Assembly (NCBI GenBank): GCA_951406725.2
Contig: OX597816.1
Location: 111,290,001 to 111,354,000 of the forward strand
DNA length: 64,000 bases
Reading direction: 5' to 3'
Source of the DNA: Octopus vulgaris
Lineage: Eukaryota
Made by a program: the position numbers and the translations under genes. How positions within the stretch are numbered: position 1 is the first letter of the stretch; each line of letters opens with the position of its first letter. A model generated the notes under the pieces. The model was given only the letters and a program-made list of their open reading frames with translations. It had not been told where the DNA came from and made no database searches. Below, in pieces: positions 1-10,195 of this stretch.

Positions 1-194
1 AAAGCAAAAACAGTTAAAAAATTATACAACAAAATTCCCCGATGGTGGGAGTTCCACCCAGGGCCAACAGGGTACCCCACACATTCTGGTCACTTCGATT
101 TCCAAGGAAACGCCAGGTAGGCACCCCTCTTCCCTTCAGTTGCACCGGCCCATTCACACGAGCCATTTTCGCAACATTCACCCACATCTGAACA

Positions 195-380
195 AACTTA
201 CTGGTGGGCAATACTTCCCTCTCCATAGGACATTAAAACAAGCAATGGGTGAGTAATTACCAACCTCATTGCCCTTTAATCGATCTTTTATCAGCAATGT
301 CGTCTTTCCCTCGGCAATGCACTCCGGGACTGCACCACTCCGATAACAATCGAAGATATACGGGACGCGATGAAGGCCTT
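195..380 (-). mobile_element. R4/Dong-like non-LTR retrotransposon RT N-terminal fragment, inverted relative to the adjacent 3' piece
   Basis: Translation VPECIAEGKTTLLIKDRLKGNEVGNYSPIACFNVLW resembles the pre-RT/RT1 'G.T.LI.K....NYRPITCL' motif; the same motif occurs at 61850-61940. Confidence 0.75.
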
Positions 381-390
381 CGCTAGAGAG

Positions 391-1076
391 AAGTGTTTCT
401 GAAAGCCTTTTGCAGAAAGAGTACAGGCGAAGACACGACAAGGTAGTTCAAAACTTTCATTGGCCACTATACCGGAAGTATGGATACGAGGTAACGGGTG
501 CTTGGTACCAACATACAACACAAAAGGTAATGGACGAAAAGGGGAAGGCAAAAATTCTCTGGGACTTTGACTTCCAGACAGACAAGGTCTTAGAGCACCA
601 ACGGCTGGATATAGCAACCTTTAGGAGGGACAACCAAGAGTGCCTAATAATCGAAGAGGCAGTGCCAGGAGGTCAACATATCATCATGAAAGAAAGAGAA
701 ATGTTTGATAAATATGAAGACCAAAGAATTGGGATCGCTAAGATGTGGTAGCTAGGAGAGTCAAACAAAAAGGCTAACCCTATTGTCATTGGAACATTAG
801 CTTCAGTACCACCCAATCTGAAAAATTATCTGAAAATTTATAAATAGCTTATAATCTAGGTGTACTGCAAATGTAGGCAATTCTTGGAACGGCACGTATA
901 TTGCGTAAAGTGCTGTCTGTTTGAGGTCCTCGTCGTGACTTGAAAAACAGTGCAAACCCCCGGTAAACACAGTATCTTCAATCAACAACCTCACGATACT
1001 GTATACTATGCGACGTCTATAATAATACAAACAACAACAACAACAACAACAATAATAATAATAATAATAATAATAA
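391..1076 (+). mobile_element. R4/Dong-like LINE 3' end (RLE endonuclease domain, 3' UTR, (CAA)n(TAA)n tail), degenerate
   Basis: ORF 410-751 KEYRRRHDKV..KILWDFDFQTDKVLEHQRLDI..CLIIEEAVP..KYEDQ, continuing past a stop to PIVIGTLASVP, matches the RHD / PD..D-type RLE domain. Ends in TAA repeats. Confidence 0.85.
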
Positions 1077-1079
1077 GCA

Positions 1080-1552
1080 ATGCATGTCATCAAAGTCACA
1101 CTCGGATAAAAATATACGAAGCACAATATACCCAGCATCACTAACTATCTGATAAAGGTGAATCAGGTATGTGCATTGCAATCATGTGCACGACATGGAG
1201 CCCAGTTAACATTTTCATCAGGTTATGTAGCCTATGTTTAAGGATGATAAATGAAACACCCGTGTTTCCAGATCTGAATTATTCAAACGCCCAAAGAATT
1301 CCTTTCAATACACGGATATAATGCTCCCGCACTACTTCTGCTTATGTTCAGAGATGCACATATTGTCAGCCACTAAGGGACATGTTTAATTGCTTAAGGT
1401 CAAGCAAATTACAAGCAAGTCTGTCGTATTGAGCAGAATATTTGCTGTGGCCCATCTTTGTATAACAAGACAAAGCATGTGCTTGATAACACTTCTAATC
1501 CGTTAAGATCAGAAGCCATGAGAGCCACTACCTGGTTTTGACTCGGGGCATT
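1080..1552. repeat. Unclassified dispersed repeat
   Basis: 1400-1520 aligns with 35820-35938 (caagcaagtctgt..gagcagaatatttgctgt..cccatcttt..taagatcagaagccat). Bounded by TAA/TTA-rich sequence. Confidence 0.6.
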
Positions 1553-1554
1553 TA

Positions 1555-2460
1555 TTAATATTATTTTCATATACACACAACAGATTAGATTGTTGGAAAG
1601 GAAAAAATCCTAAATTTGTTGAGTTGCGCAGCTATTCCTGCTTGACATTCACCAAATCTTTTAATCCAGTAGCCTTGAACTCCATTTGGTCCCAGTTGCT
1701 CATTTCTTTGCTGATTTCCTTCACTTCCTTAACTGAAATGACCAGTTGTACCTGTTTTGGACAGACTACTGTTTGTTTCAGTTCTAGCAACCTTTCAGCA
1801 TCCTTCTTGTGCTCCTTGTCATTGCTCCAGATGTCACTCCAAAGCCTTTGACTTTCAATGTTACCAACTTTTCATCTGTACATTCTCCGTTTAATTCTTT
1901 ATAGAATCTCTTCTGATCTACTCCGAATAACCTATTCTGGTGGTAACCCTTCATTGTTTGGTCGTATCTTAACATCTTTGCTTTCTTTTCAACGAGGCGC
2001 TGTTTCAGTACCTCCACTACTACTTTCAGGCCCTTTCTTTCAATATTATACTTCCTTTTCAGCGCCCTGTATTTTTGTTCGCTTTTCAGCTCCCCTTTCT
2101 CTTTTCGGTCTAACACAGAGATCTCCTTCGAGAGCATTCTAACCCTGCCTGGCTTCTTCTTTTCCACCATGGATCTTTTCTTTTGTCACTCCCATTGTGT
2201 TTCTTTTTCTTGACATTAACACCCACGTTTTCTACTACAACAATACTTGCTGCCTTGATCAAATTATTTTTTTCTGTGATGTTGTTTGTTCTGATGTATT
2301 TCAAAATTTCATTGACATTGTTCGTTTCTTGGTTCAATTTCCATCGATCAACCTTAAATAAGGTTGCAAATAATGTCGCCATCGTTCTCTTGTAGTGTTG
2401 CCTTTATTCTGTCATAGATTGCCTTTTGTTCATCTGTCATGTCACCATTCGTTTTATTGC
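1555..2460 (-). mobile_element. Internally deleted R4/Dong-like LINE (N-terminal coding region joined to a 3' UTR)
   Basis: Minus ORFs contain KDPWWK and LKQRL..KMLRYDQ..QNRLF..DQKRFYKEL, homologous to 61358-61723. 1572-1615 matches the R4-like 3' UTR at 37530-37575. Adjacent to (TTA)n at 2461-2550. Confidence 0.8.
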
Positions 2461-2479
2461 ATTATTATTATCATTATTA

Positions 2480-2550
<71 letters not shown>

Positions 2551-3184
2551 GTAGAACATTGGCTGAAATATTATAGAGTCGTTACAAAAATGCCATGTGG
2601 TGTTATATTCTGGCCACATATTATAAACAATTAATATTCCAGTAGTCTTATTATTTTGCATGATCTCAGGGAATAATAAGTGCAGTTCTTCGAAATCTTT
2701 GCACATATAACGTAATTGTATTCTTTTTCAAGTAATTTCTTCTATTAAGAGTATTCTAAATAATATATATGTGCAGTACCTCCTGTTGCTAGTATGAGCT
2801 GTTTTGCGTATTTTCATTAGACATAAACTTCTCTGTACCACATTTTTCATTCCCAGTGCATCTCATTATTTTTAATAAGTTTCTGCGGAGATTATTTCCG
2901 TTTTTAGTCCTTTTATTCTGGATAATTCATTTTCATGTCTTTATTCATCGAAATTTTCAACATTTCCTTCGGGAATTGATTAGAAAATTGTCATTATTGG
3001 TCTTTCATAACAATGTATGAGCTAATCTAGTTAAACTAAAATCTCCCCGAATACTTGTTACTATCTTTTCCATTTTTGCCATTCCCTCCCTTACTCTCTC
3101 TCTCTCTCCCTCCTTATTCTCTCTCTATATATATATATAGTTTTTTTTATCTAGTTTCAGCTCATGAGCTGTGGCCATGCTGGG

Positions 3185-3215
<31 letters not shown>

Positions 3216-3282
3216 ATAAGGGAGGGAATGTCAAAAATGGAAAAGATAATAACAAGTATTCGGGTAGATTTTAGTTTAACTA

Positions 3283-3332
<50 letters not shown>

Positions 3333-3394
3333 AAGAAAATGGAGAGTGTGGACACAGAAAATATCATTTTTTAAATATAAGAGTCAATTTCATG

Positions 3395-3486
3395 TCACCT
3401 ACGCACGTTTCAATTCCCACCTTCATTCATATTTTACAATTAAATTTACATTATGAATTTAAAAGGTTAAAATCTCTTCTGGGCAA
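3395..3486 (-). ncRNA. Degenerate type I hammerhead ribozyme in a PLE pseudo-LTR remnant
   Basis: Minus strand: ttgcc CAGAAGA gattttaacctt..aaggtgggaatt GAAAC GTGC GTA ggtga. Stems I and II pair, the core has U4>A, and it lies next to (TA)n. Confidence 0.6.
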
Positions 3487-4105
3487 AATTGACATATATT
3501 CTTATACATACATCTACATCCGAATGGATGGAGAGTTCCTTACATACTGAATGGCAACATGCGTATGCGTGTTTCTGTGTGTCAGCTTGTGTGTCATCGG
3601 ATTTCGATCTCAATATAGATAGAGGCTAAACTAAGACCATAGTGGACAGTGGCTAGCTACAGTCGTTAAGAACTAGGTCATACTACTATTCACCCTTAAT
3701 GGATTTCGATCGGTTTTAGAGGCTTGCTGCTGCTCTTCTTCCAACTCATTTGTCAGAAGAATGAGAATAAAATTATATATATATTAGTAAGTATCCAAAT
3801 CTATATAATTATTTCACTTTTACTCTTTTAATTGTGAGAATTTCCAATTTTCATTATTTATTTTTTTTTACTTAGATGTATTAATCTTATTTGTTGAAAA
3901 TTTCGGTTATATATTTTTGAAATAAATTTTTATGTATTTTTAATGAGAGTACTATTCATTATGTATCACTATGTAACACTATGTATCATTTTCAAATGGT
4001 GTGGGTGCGTTTCACTTTAAGATTTCCTTCCATGTTTATTTTAATCTTATCATTAACGGAGTGTTTATTTAAATATAATTTATTATTTAGATTTATGAAA
4101 TATAA

Positions 4106-4160
<55 letters not shown>

Positions 4161-4165
4161 CATGT

Positions 4166-4204
<39 letters not shown>

Positions 4205-4597
4205 AAGGGAGAATTCACAAAAATCATAAGACGAAGACAGGTGGTGTAGACAACAAACAGATGTATTAGTATAACGCTCGGGAAATATATATATGCAAAT
4301 ATATAGTAAGATAGATATACATAAATACATACATTCATAAATACATACATACAGACATACACACACACATATTCCTTTTCCTATGAATATAATAAGCTCT
4401 CTATCCCTCGTTTATGTAATATAACTGTTAACTTATTTATTTAGATACATAAGCTGATAGTAAAGGTTTCAATATGTATTCCTCCATTTGAGTAATATTA
4501 TAGAATCATTTAATTCTAGATATTGATGTATTCACATAATGCCTATTTAATTATATTTATTTGGATCTATTAGATTTATTTATTTATATTCTCTGTC

Positions 4598-4635
<38 letters not shown>

Positions 4636-5435
4636 TTTGTATTTAGTGTGTCCAGTTTTTGTTTAATTTTCACGTGCACTTTTTATATTGTATTGTGGTA
4701 AAATCTTCGCAAGAAACCATTACAGAGAATTTTAACACGGGCTCCACATGCGCATTTATTTCTTATACACTTTTCTGTTTTCAGTAATGGGAAATATTTG
4801 GCAGAAAATATTTGATCTCGAACCCCAATCAACCCTCTATGTTTTGTTTTATGATGAAAAGCCCTTCCAGATTAACTTTAATATCTGTGATTTCAGTTAG
4901 TATTATGTTTCGTTTATCCGCTTCACTTTTCCTATGTTTTCTATCGTTCGCTTTTAAATGCTCGTTTTTAATTTAGTTTTAATTTAGTTTCGTTTGTATA
5001 AATTTCCTGTTACAGCTTTTTCTTTTTCTATCTCTTGCCCCCGTCTCTGTTTTATATTTTGAAAGTTCCATGTAAGTCGAAGACAATGTTTATTTCGCTT
5101 ATATTTTGTAACAATGTGTTATATTTTCTTTTTATACTTCACTAAGTATATTTGCACTTCGATGCTAGCTATTTTATGATATTTATCATATTGCAGAGGC
5201 CACAATTTTTGTTCGTGTTAAATATATGATTTCTACATGTTGGGTAGTACAGTATAAACTCTGTGATTATTCTCCATTTTCATGGTGTAGTCAGTGGATG
5301 AGGGACAACCCCATGACATTTATGCTGAGGCTCTGATGCTAACGGAAGAAAGAGTGAAAGCTTGACTTGTATTTTCTATAGAATAGATACCATTGAAGAC
5401 ACACACTGTCACAGACAAAGATATTAATTTCAAAT

Positions 5436-5594
5436 TCTGGCACAAGGCCAGCAATTTCAGCGTAGGGGTTAGTCAATTACTTCGACTACAGTACTCAGAT
5501 TTGTATCTATCTTATCGACCTTGAAAAGATGAAAAGTAAAATCGACCTTGGCGGAATTTGAACTCAGACGGACAATTGCCAGCTCACCGCCTTT
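5436..5594 (-). mobile_element. SINE family A (tRNA-derived, Meta-domain-like), degenerate
   Basis: Reverse complement of the 8134 family: atcgaccttggcggaatttgaactcag..gccagctcaccgcctt. Confidence 0.75.
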
Positions 5595-6491
5595 CACAGA
5601 TAAAGATATTAAACCGAGCATGGATTAAGTTAATCAGCCAATAAATAATAAGTAGAGTCCATCCGACACTCCACTTTGCAGTTTGTTTGTCAATTTCAAC
5701 ATGATGTGAGCCCGAATCTATTAAAGGATATATTTGCCCTGTGTACTACGCAGCGAAAGTAATGCAGAATTATGTGATATTTATAAGAAATGCTTAGCCA
5801 CACAGCCATTGTCGCATCCATAACATTCCTTGTCATCTGATAATTCATGTAACTTTATATTCAAAGTTATAATAAATATAATGTATTACTTCAACGGCTA
5901 GGTATGGAAACTATAACTTTTTAGCATTTCTTTTAATGTTAACTATTAGTGCGTCTGTTATATTACTTCATATTCTGTTCGTTATATATATTGTCCTATC
6001 TAATTCCTTGATTACAAAGCATTTGTAAGTCTGACTTCCTTGTAATTTGTCTTGTATCAGGTTTGTTATCTAACATGATATCTCTAGCATTTTATTATTT
6101 TTTTTTACACTCAAGTCAGCGTTGATGCATTTTGCCTAAATTGAATGTCCTGACAATTTCCCTACTGAAATTGTATATCGTACATATCAAGCTATCTACA
6201 TGTCTGTTATCTCAAGCTCACAGGTTTAAGTCATCCATATTCAGTTAGCTGATTGCCATATCCTATTATTTAGTTAGTTATTGTTTTATATCACAATTTG
6301 TGAAGAAAAGCGCTGTTGGTCACAGATTTCAAACTAGCTCACTGCATTCTAAAATTGAGAATGACAAGTGAGCGCTAGTTACTCGGTTTCATTTCATGGA
6401 ACGTCGTTCCCAAAACACCAGTTTTTCAATTGCTCACTGATGTTTACATCAGCATGGAGAAAGAGAGGGAGAGAGAGAAGTAAATCTAAGG

Positions 6492-7048
6492 ATAAGCAAG
6501 TTAGGCAAGTTGATATAAAAAATATTAAATACATTTAATACAAAAAATATAAATATGTTTACATATAAGCAGACCCTACTTACGCAGAATAGAAATATCA
6601 CGAATTAAAGGGGTTGAATTAGAGTTGTACGAATCCAACAGTTGTTTCTGGGGGTTTGGTGGTCCAACATAATGATCGTAAATTATTTTCCCCTCACACT
6701 GTTCTCTATCTAAATACCTCCTAACTCATCCTTCTAATGCATTAGTTCGCCACAAAATCATTTCATCTTTAATCTTACTGTCAACACCTCAAATGTAAAG
6801 CTTCTTAACTTCTTTCCTGAAGACGGAGGCTGGTATTATCTGATGATGGAATCAATTTACAATCATTATTTTGGACCACTGAGCCCCAGAAACAGCTTTT
6901 AGACTCCTAAAACACTTTTTCAGCCTTTAATTCCTGATATCATTTCTATTCTGTGTAAGTCGGGTGCTTTTGTATTTAAAAATATGTACATTTTTTGTAT
7001 TAAATGTATTTAATATTTTTTGCATATCGGGTTGCCTAACTTACTTAT
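6492..7048. mobile_element. Fold-back PLE pseudo-LTR remnant (diverged ~200-bp inverted arms) with degenerate hammerhead
   Basis: 6492-6690 is the reverse complement of 6848-7048. CTGAAGA at 6817 and GAAACAGCT at 6889. Confidence 0.65.
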
Positions 7049-8133
7049 ACTGGCATCTACCTGCACAAGTTTAAACCTTTTGAGCCTTACGAAGTGTACT
7101 CTATACGGAGAATATCTGTCTCTCATCTATAAACTCTATGTGTGTGCGCGTGTATGTGTGTGTGTTTGTGCGCATGTATGTGTGTATGGATACATATATA
7201 TATATTAATACATACATACATATGTATATACATATGTATGTACATATACGTTTGTACACATACATATGTGATAGGTGTGCGCGTACTCACACACATTCGC
7301 ACATACGTACAAAGCAAAATTCTGCCCAGTTTCAGTCTAAAATTTTGACTCGCTACGTTTTAGCCAACTCCAAAGGACATAGCTAAAAACATCCCCAAGA
7401 TTTTGTACTGTGACATTGAACTCGCGGTTGTGAGTGGACTCCTAAACGACAAAACAATATCTGGTTCAATATCAAAAGCCACTCGTCCCACTCGTGCCAC
7501 CGGTCACTTAATTTGCAAGAAATAGCAGCCATTTTTCACTCAAATTTCACCCTATAACGTCTTCAAAATAGGACAACATTGTATGACGTTAATCCATGAT
7601 ATACAAAATGACGACACGTTCATGACCAGAATACTTTCGATAATAGATTTACTTAAATAAGGCTCACATGCACCAAATACTATTAAAAATAACAACAATT
7701 TGGAAGGTCTTTTGCTTATGTCACAATGAGATATTTCAGTTTTCACTTACGTCTGTGTTTACAAATAACAGGTCATTATTGTGTAAGTCCTTGCGGCATC
7801 CTCTTTCTCGCTTCAGAACTGTGTTTAATACCTGATAAACATTTAACACACGATTGCCATGTCTCAGAGGCGTGTTATCATGTATGTAAACAAGCTATAG
7901 ATATATAAATCTGGGAGTAAGAAATGTCTTCAACAATAAAGAATGATACTGTCATTGTTAACCTTCGCCAGCCCTGTTTCAATATCTCTTTCAAAGATTT
8001 TCCAATTCTTACTTTTGTGTCTCTAGCTCTTAAGCTATGCTTTTTTAAAGGTTGTAATTTAAGGATGTAATTTAAGGGAGTTTAGATAATATTTCAAGCT
8101 GGTCGAGCTTGTTAATTAATGTGGTGGAATAAA

Positions 8134-8530
8134 GGCGGCGAGCTGGCAGAAACGTTAGCACGCCGGGCGAAATGCGTAGCCGTATTTTGTCTGCCGTTAT
8201 GTTCTGAGTTCAAATTCCGCCGAGGTCGACTTTGCCTTTCATCCTTTCGGGGTCGATTAAGTAAGTACCAGTTACGCACTGCGGTCGATATAATCGACTT
8301 AACCCGTTTGTCTGTCCTTTTTTGTCCTCTCTATGTTTAGCCCCTTGTGGGCAGTAAAGAAATAGGTATTTCGTCTGACTTTACATTCTGAGTTCAAATT
8401 CTGCAGAGGTCGACTTTGCCTTTCATCCTTTCTGGGTTGATAAATTAAGTACAAGTTGCGTACTGGGATCGATCTAATCGACTGGCCCTCCCCCAAAACA
8501 TTTGGGCCTTGTGCCTAGAGTAGAAAAGGA
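8134..8530 (+). mobile_element. SINE family A, dimeric form
   Basis: tRNA-like head (ggcggcgagctggcagaa..gagttcaaattcc B-box) and central gcctttcatcctttcggggtcgat..aagtaccag. Internal duplication starts at 8367. Many copies in the window. Confidence 0.9.
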
Positions 8531-8799
8531 ATAAAGATTTGTTTTTTCTATGGTGAACCATTCACCTTTATAAGGTGCGAAATATAACTGCATATTCGCA
8601 AAATTGATACACTGTCGAACAAAATGCTTTACAGCATTTTTACTGGCTATTTACATTCTGAGTTTAAATTTCGCTGAGGTCAACTTTGCTTTTCATCTTT
8701 CATGGTCGGTAAAATAAGTACCAGTTTGGCACTGGATTCAATGTAATTGATTAACCACCTCTTCTAACAATGCTTGCGTTGTACCAAAATTCGAAATTG

Positions 8800-9285
8800 T
8801 CTTGAGGGTTCTTGACAACAAACTTCTTCAAATTTCAGAGCTTGTCAAAGTATTTCTTGCAGCACACAAGTCTGCAGGTCACCAATACGAGTCTCGATTG
8901 CAGTATTGTTCAGTCTCTTAGGTAGAAATTTGGGTATTGACCCAAATGCATCAATTACTACGGGAGCAATTGTCATCCTGTTCTTCCACAGTCTCTTCAC
9001 CTCTCTGACTAGATCCTGATATTTCTTAGTCTTTTCAATTGCATTGGCATGGGCTGTTATCGTAGTCTATGATATTACACACATACTTTTGTCCTATATA
9101 ATTAATCATAATTAGTTTCAATAGTATGGTCAGTCTTTATGGACAATTCCTACAAGATCTTGTAATTCTCATTTTTCTATCAAAACCTCCGGCTCATATT
9201 CACACCACTTTCCTGTTACGTTGAAGCCAAACACTCGGCTAACATCACAATGCTTTCGTTTACCTACACAGTCATGTTTGTACTT
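8800..9285 (-). mobile_element. R4/Dong-like RLE-domain fragment
   Basis: Minus translation EKTKKYQDLVREVKRLWKNRMTIAPVVIDAFGSIPK; homologous to 35985-36300. Confidence 0.75.
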
Positions 9286-9297
9286 GAGATATCATTA

Positions 9298-10195
9298 AGA
9301 CGGCGAAAGCAGTGAGCTGGCTGAATCGTTACCATGCCAGACAAAATACTTGTCTCTATTTCATTTCGAATTCGAATTCCGCTGAGGACGACTTGTCCTT
9401 TTATCTTTTTAGGGTCGATAAAATGACTAGCAATTGGACCCTGGGGTCGTTTTATTCGGCTAGTCCATTTCAGAGAACTTGTGCTTATAGTAGGGAGGAT
9501 TATTGTTAAGTGATGAACTGGCAGAATCGGAAGCACACCAGATAAAATGCTTATCAACATTTCTTCCAACTTTATCTTCTGAGTTCAAATTCTATTTTGC
9601 CTTTCATTCTTTCAGGGTCGATAAAATGATACCAGTCAAATACTAAGGTAGATATTATTGACTATATCCCTCTCTTAAAATTACTGGTCATGTGAGAAAA
9701 TTTGTAGCAATTATTAAGGCTAGTGATCTGACAGAATTGTTACCACGCCGGACAAAATGCTAAGCATAATTTCTTCCGGCTCGTTTCATTCTGATTTCAA
9801 ATGTCGTTCACACCAACCTCGCCTTTCATCTTTCCGTCATCGATAACGCCAATACCAGTTGAGCACTGGGAGCAATATAATCCATTGGTCCCCTCCCTTA
9901 AAACTGCTGGCCATGTGCCAAAAGTTGACGGAATTATTATTTTTATTATCATCATGATCATTATCTTTGTCGATTAAGGAAGATAAAAGCTTGGACAACC
10001 GTAAGAGTGTTTGACGAAATGTCTTGTGGTATTTTCTCCTGTTCTGTAAGCTCTAAGTTAAAATGCCACCACGGTCAGCTTAGCCTTTCGTCCTTCTTTG
10101 ATCGATACATTAAGTACCAGTCAAGTACTAGAATCAATGCAATCGACTGACCACCTTCCAGTAAAGTTGTTTTATTTTGTTACTTTAATTGGAAA
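9298..10195 (+). mobile_element. Head-to-tail cluster of about 4 degenerate SINE family A copies
   Basis: Repeated gctggc(a/t)gaa..ttcaaat..gcctttcat..gtcgataa..accag units starting near 9298, 9508, 9717 and 9978. Confidence 0.75.

Noticed and set aside
5320-5370. Hammerhead-like gctgaggctct..agagtgaaagctt
   Set aside because: The core is incomplete and stem I does not pair.
8134-8225. tRNA gene
   Set aside because: A/B-box-like heads belong to SINEs; no complete cloverleaf seen.
8119-8340. Recurrent ORF 'SEFKFRRGRLCLSSF', and 'CPRCHAVG' ORFs elsewhere
   Set aside because: These are chance frames within SINE families A and B, not genes.
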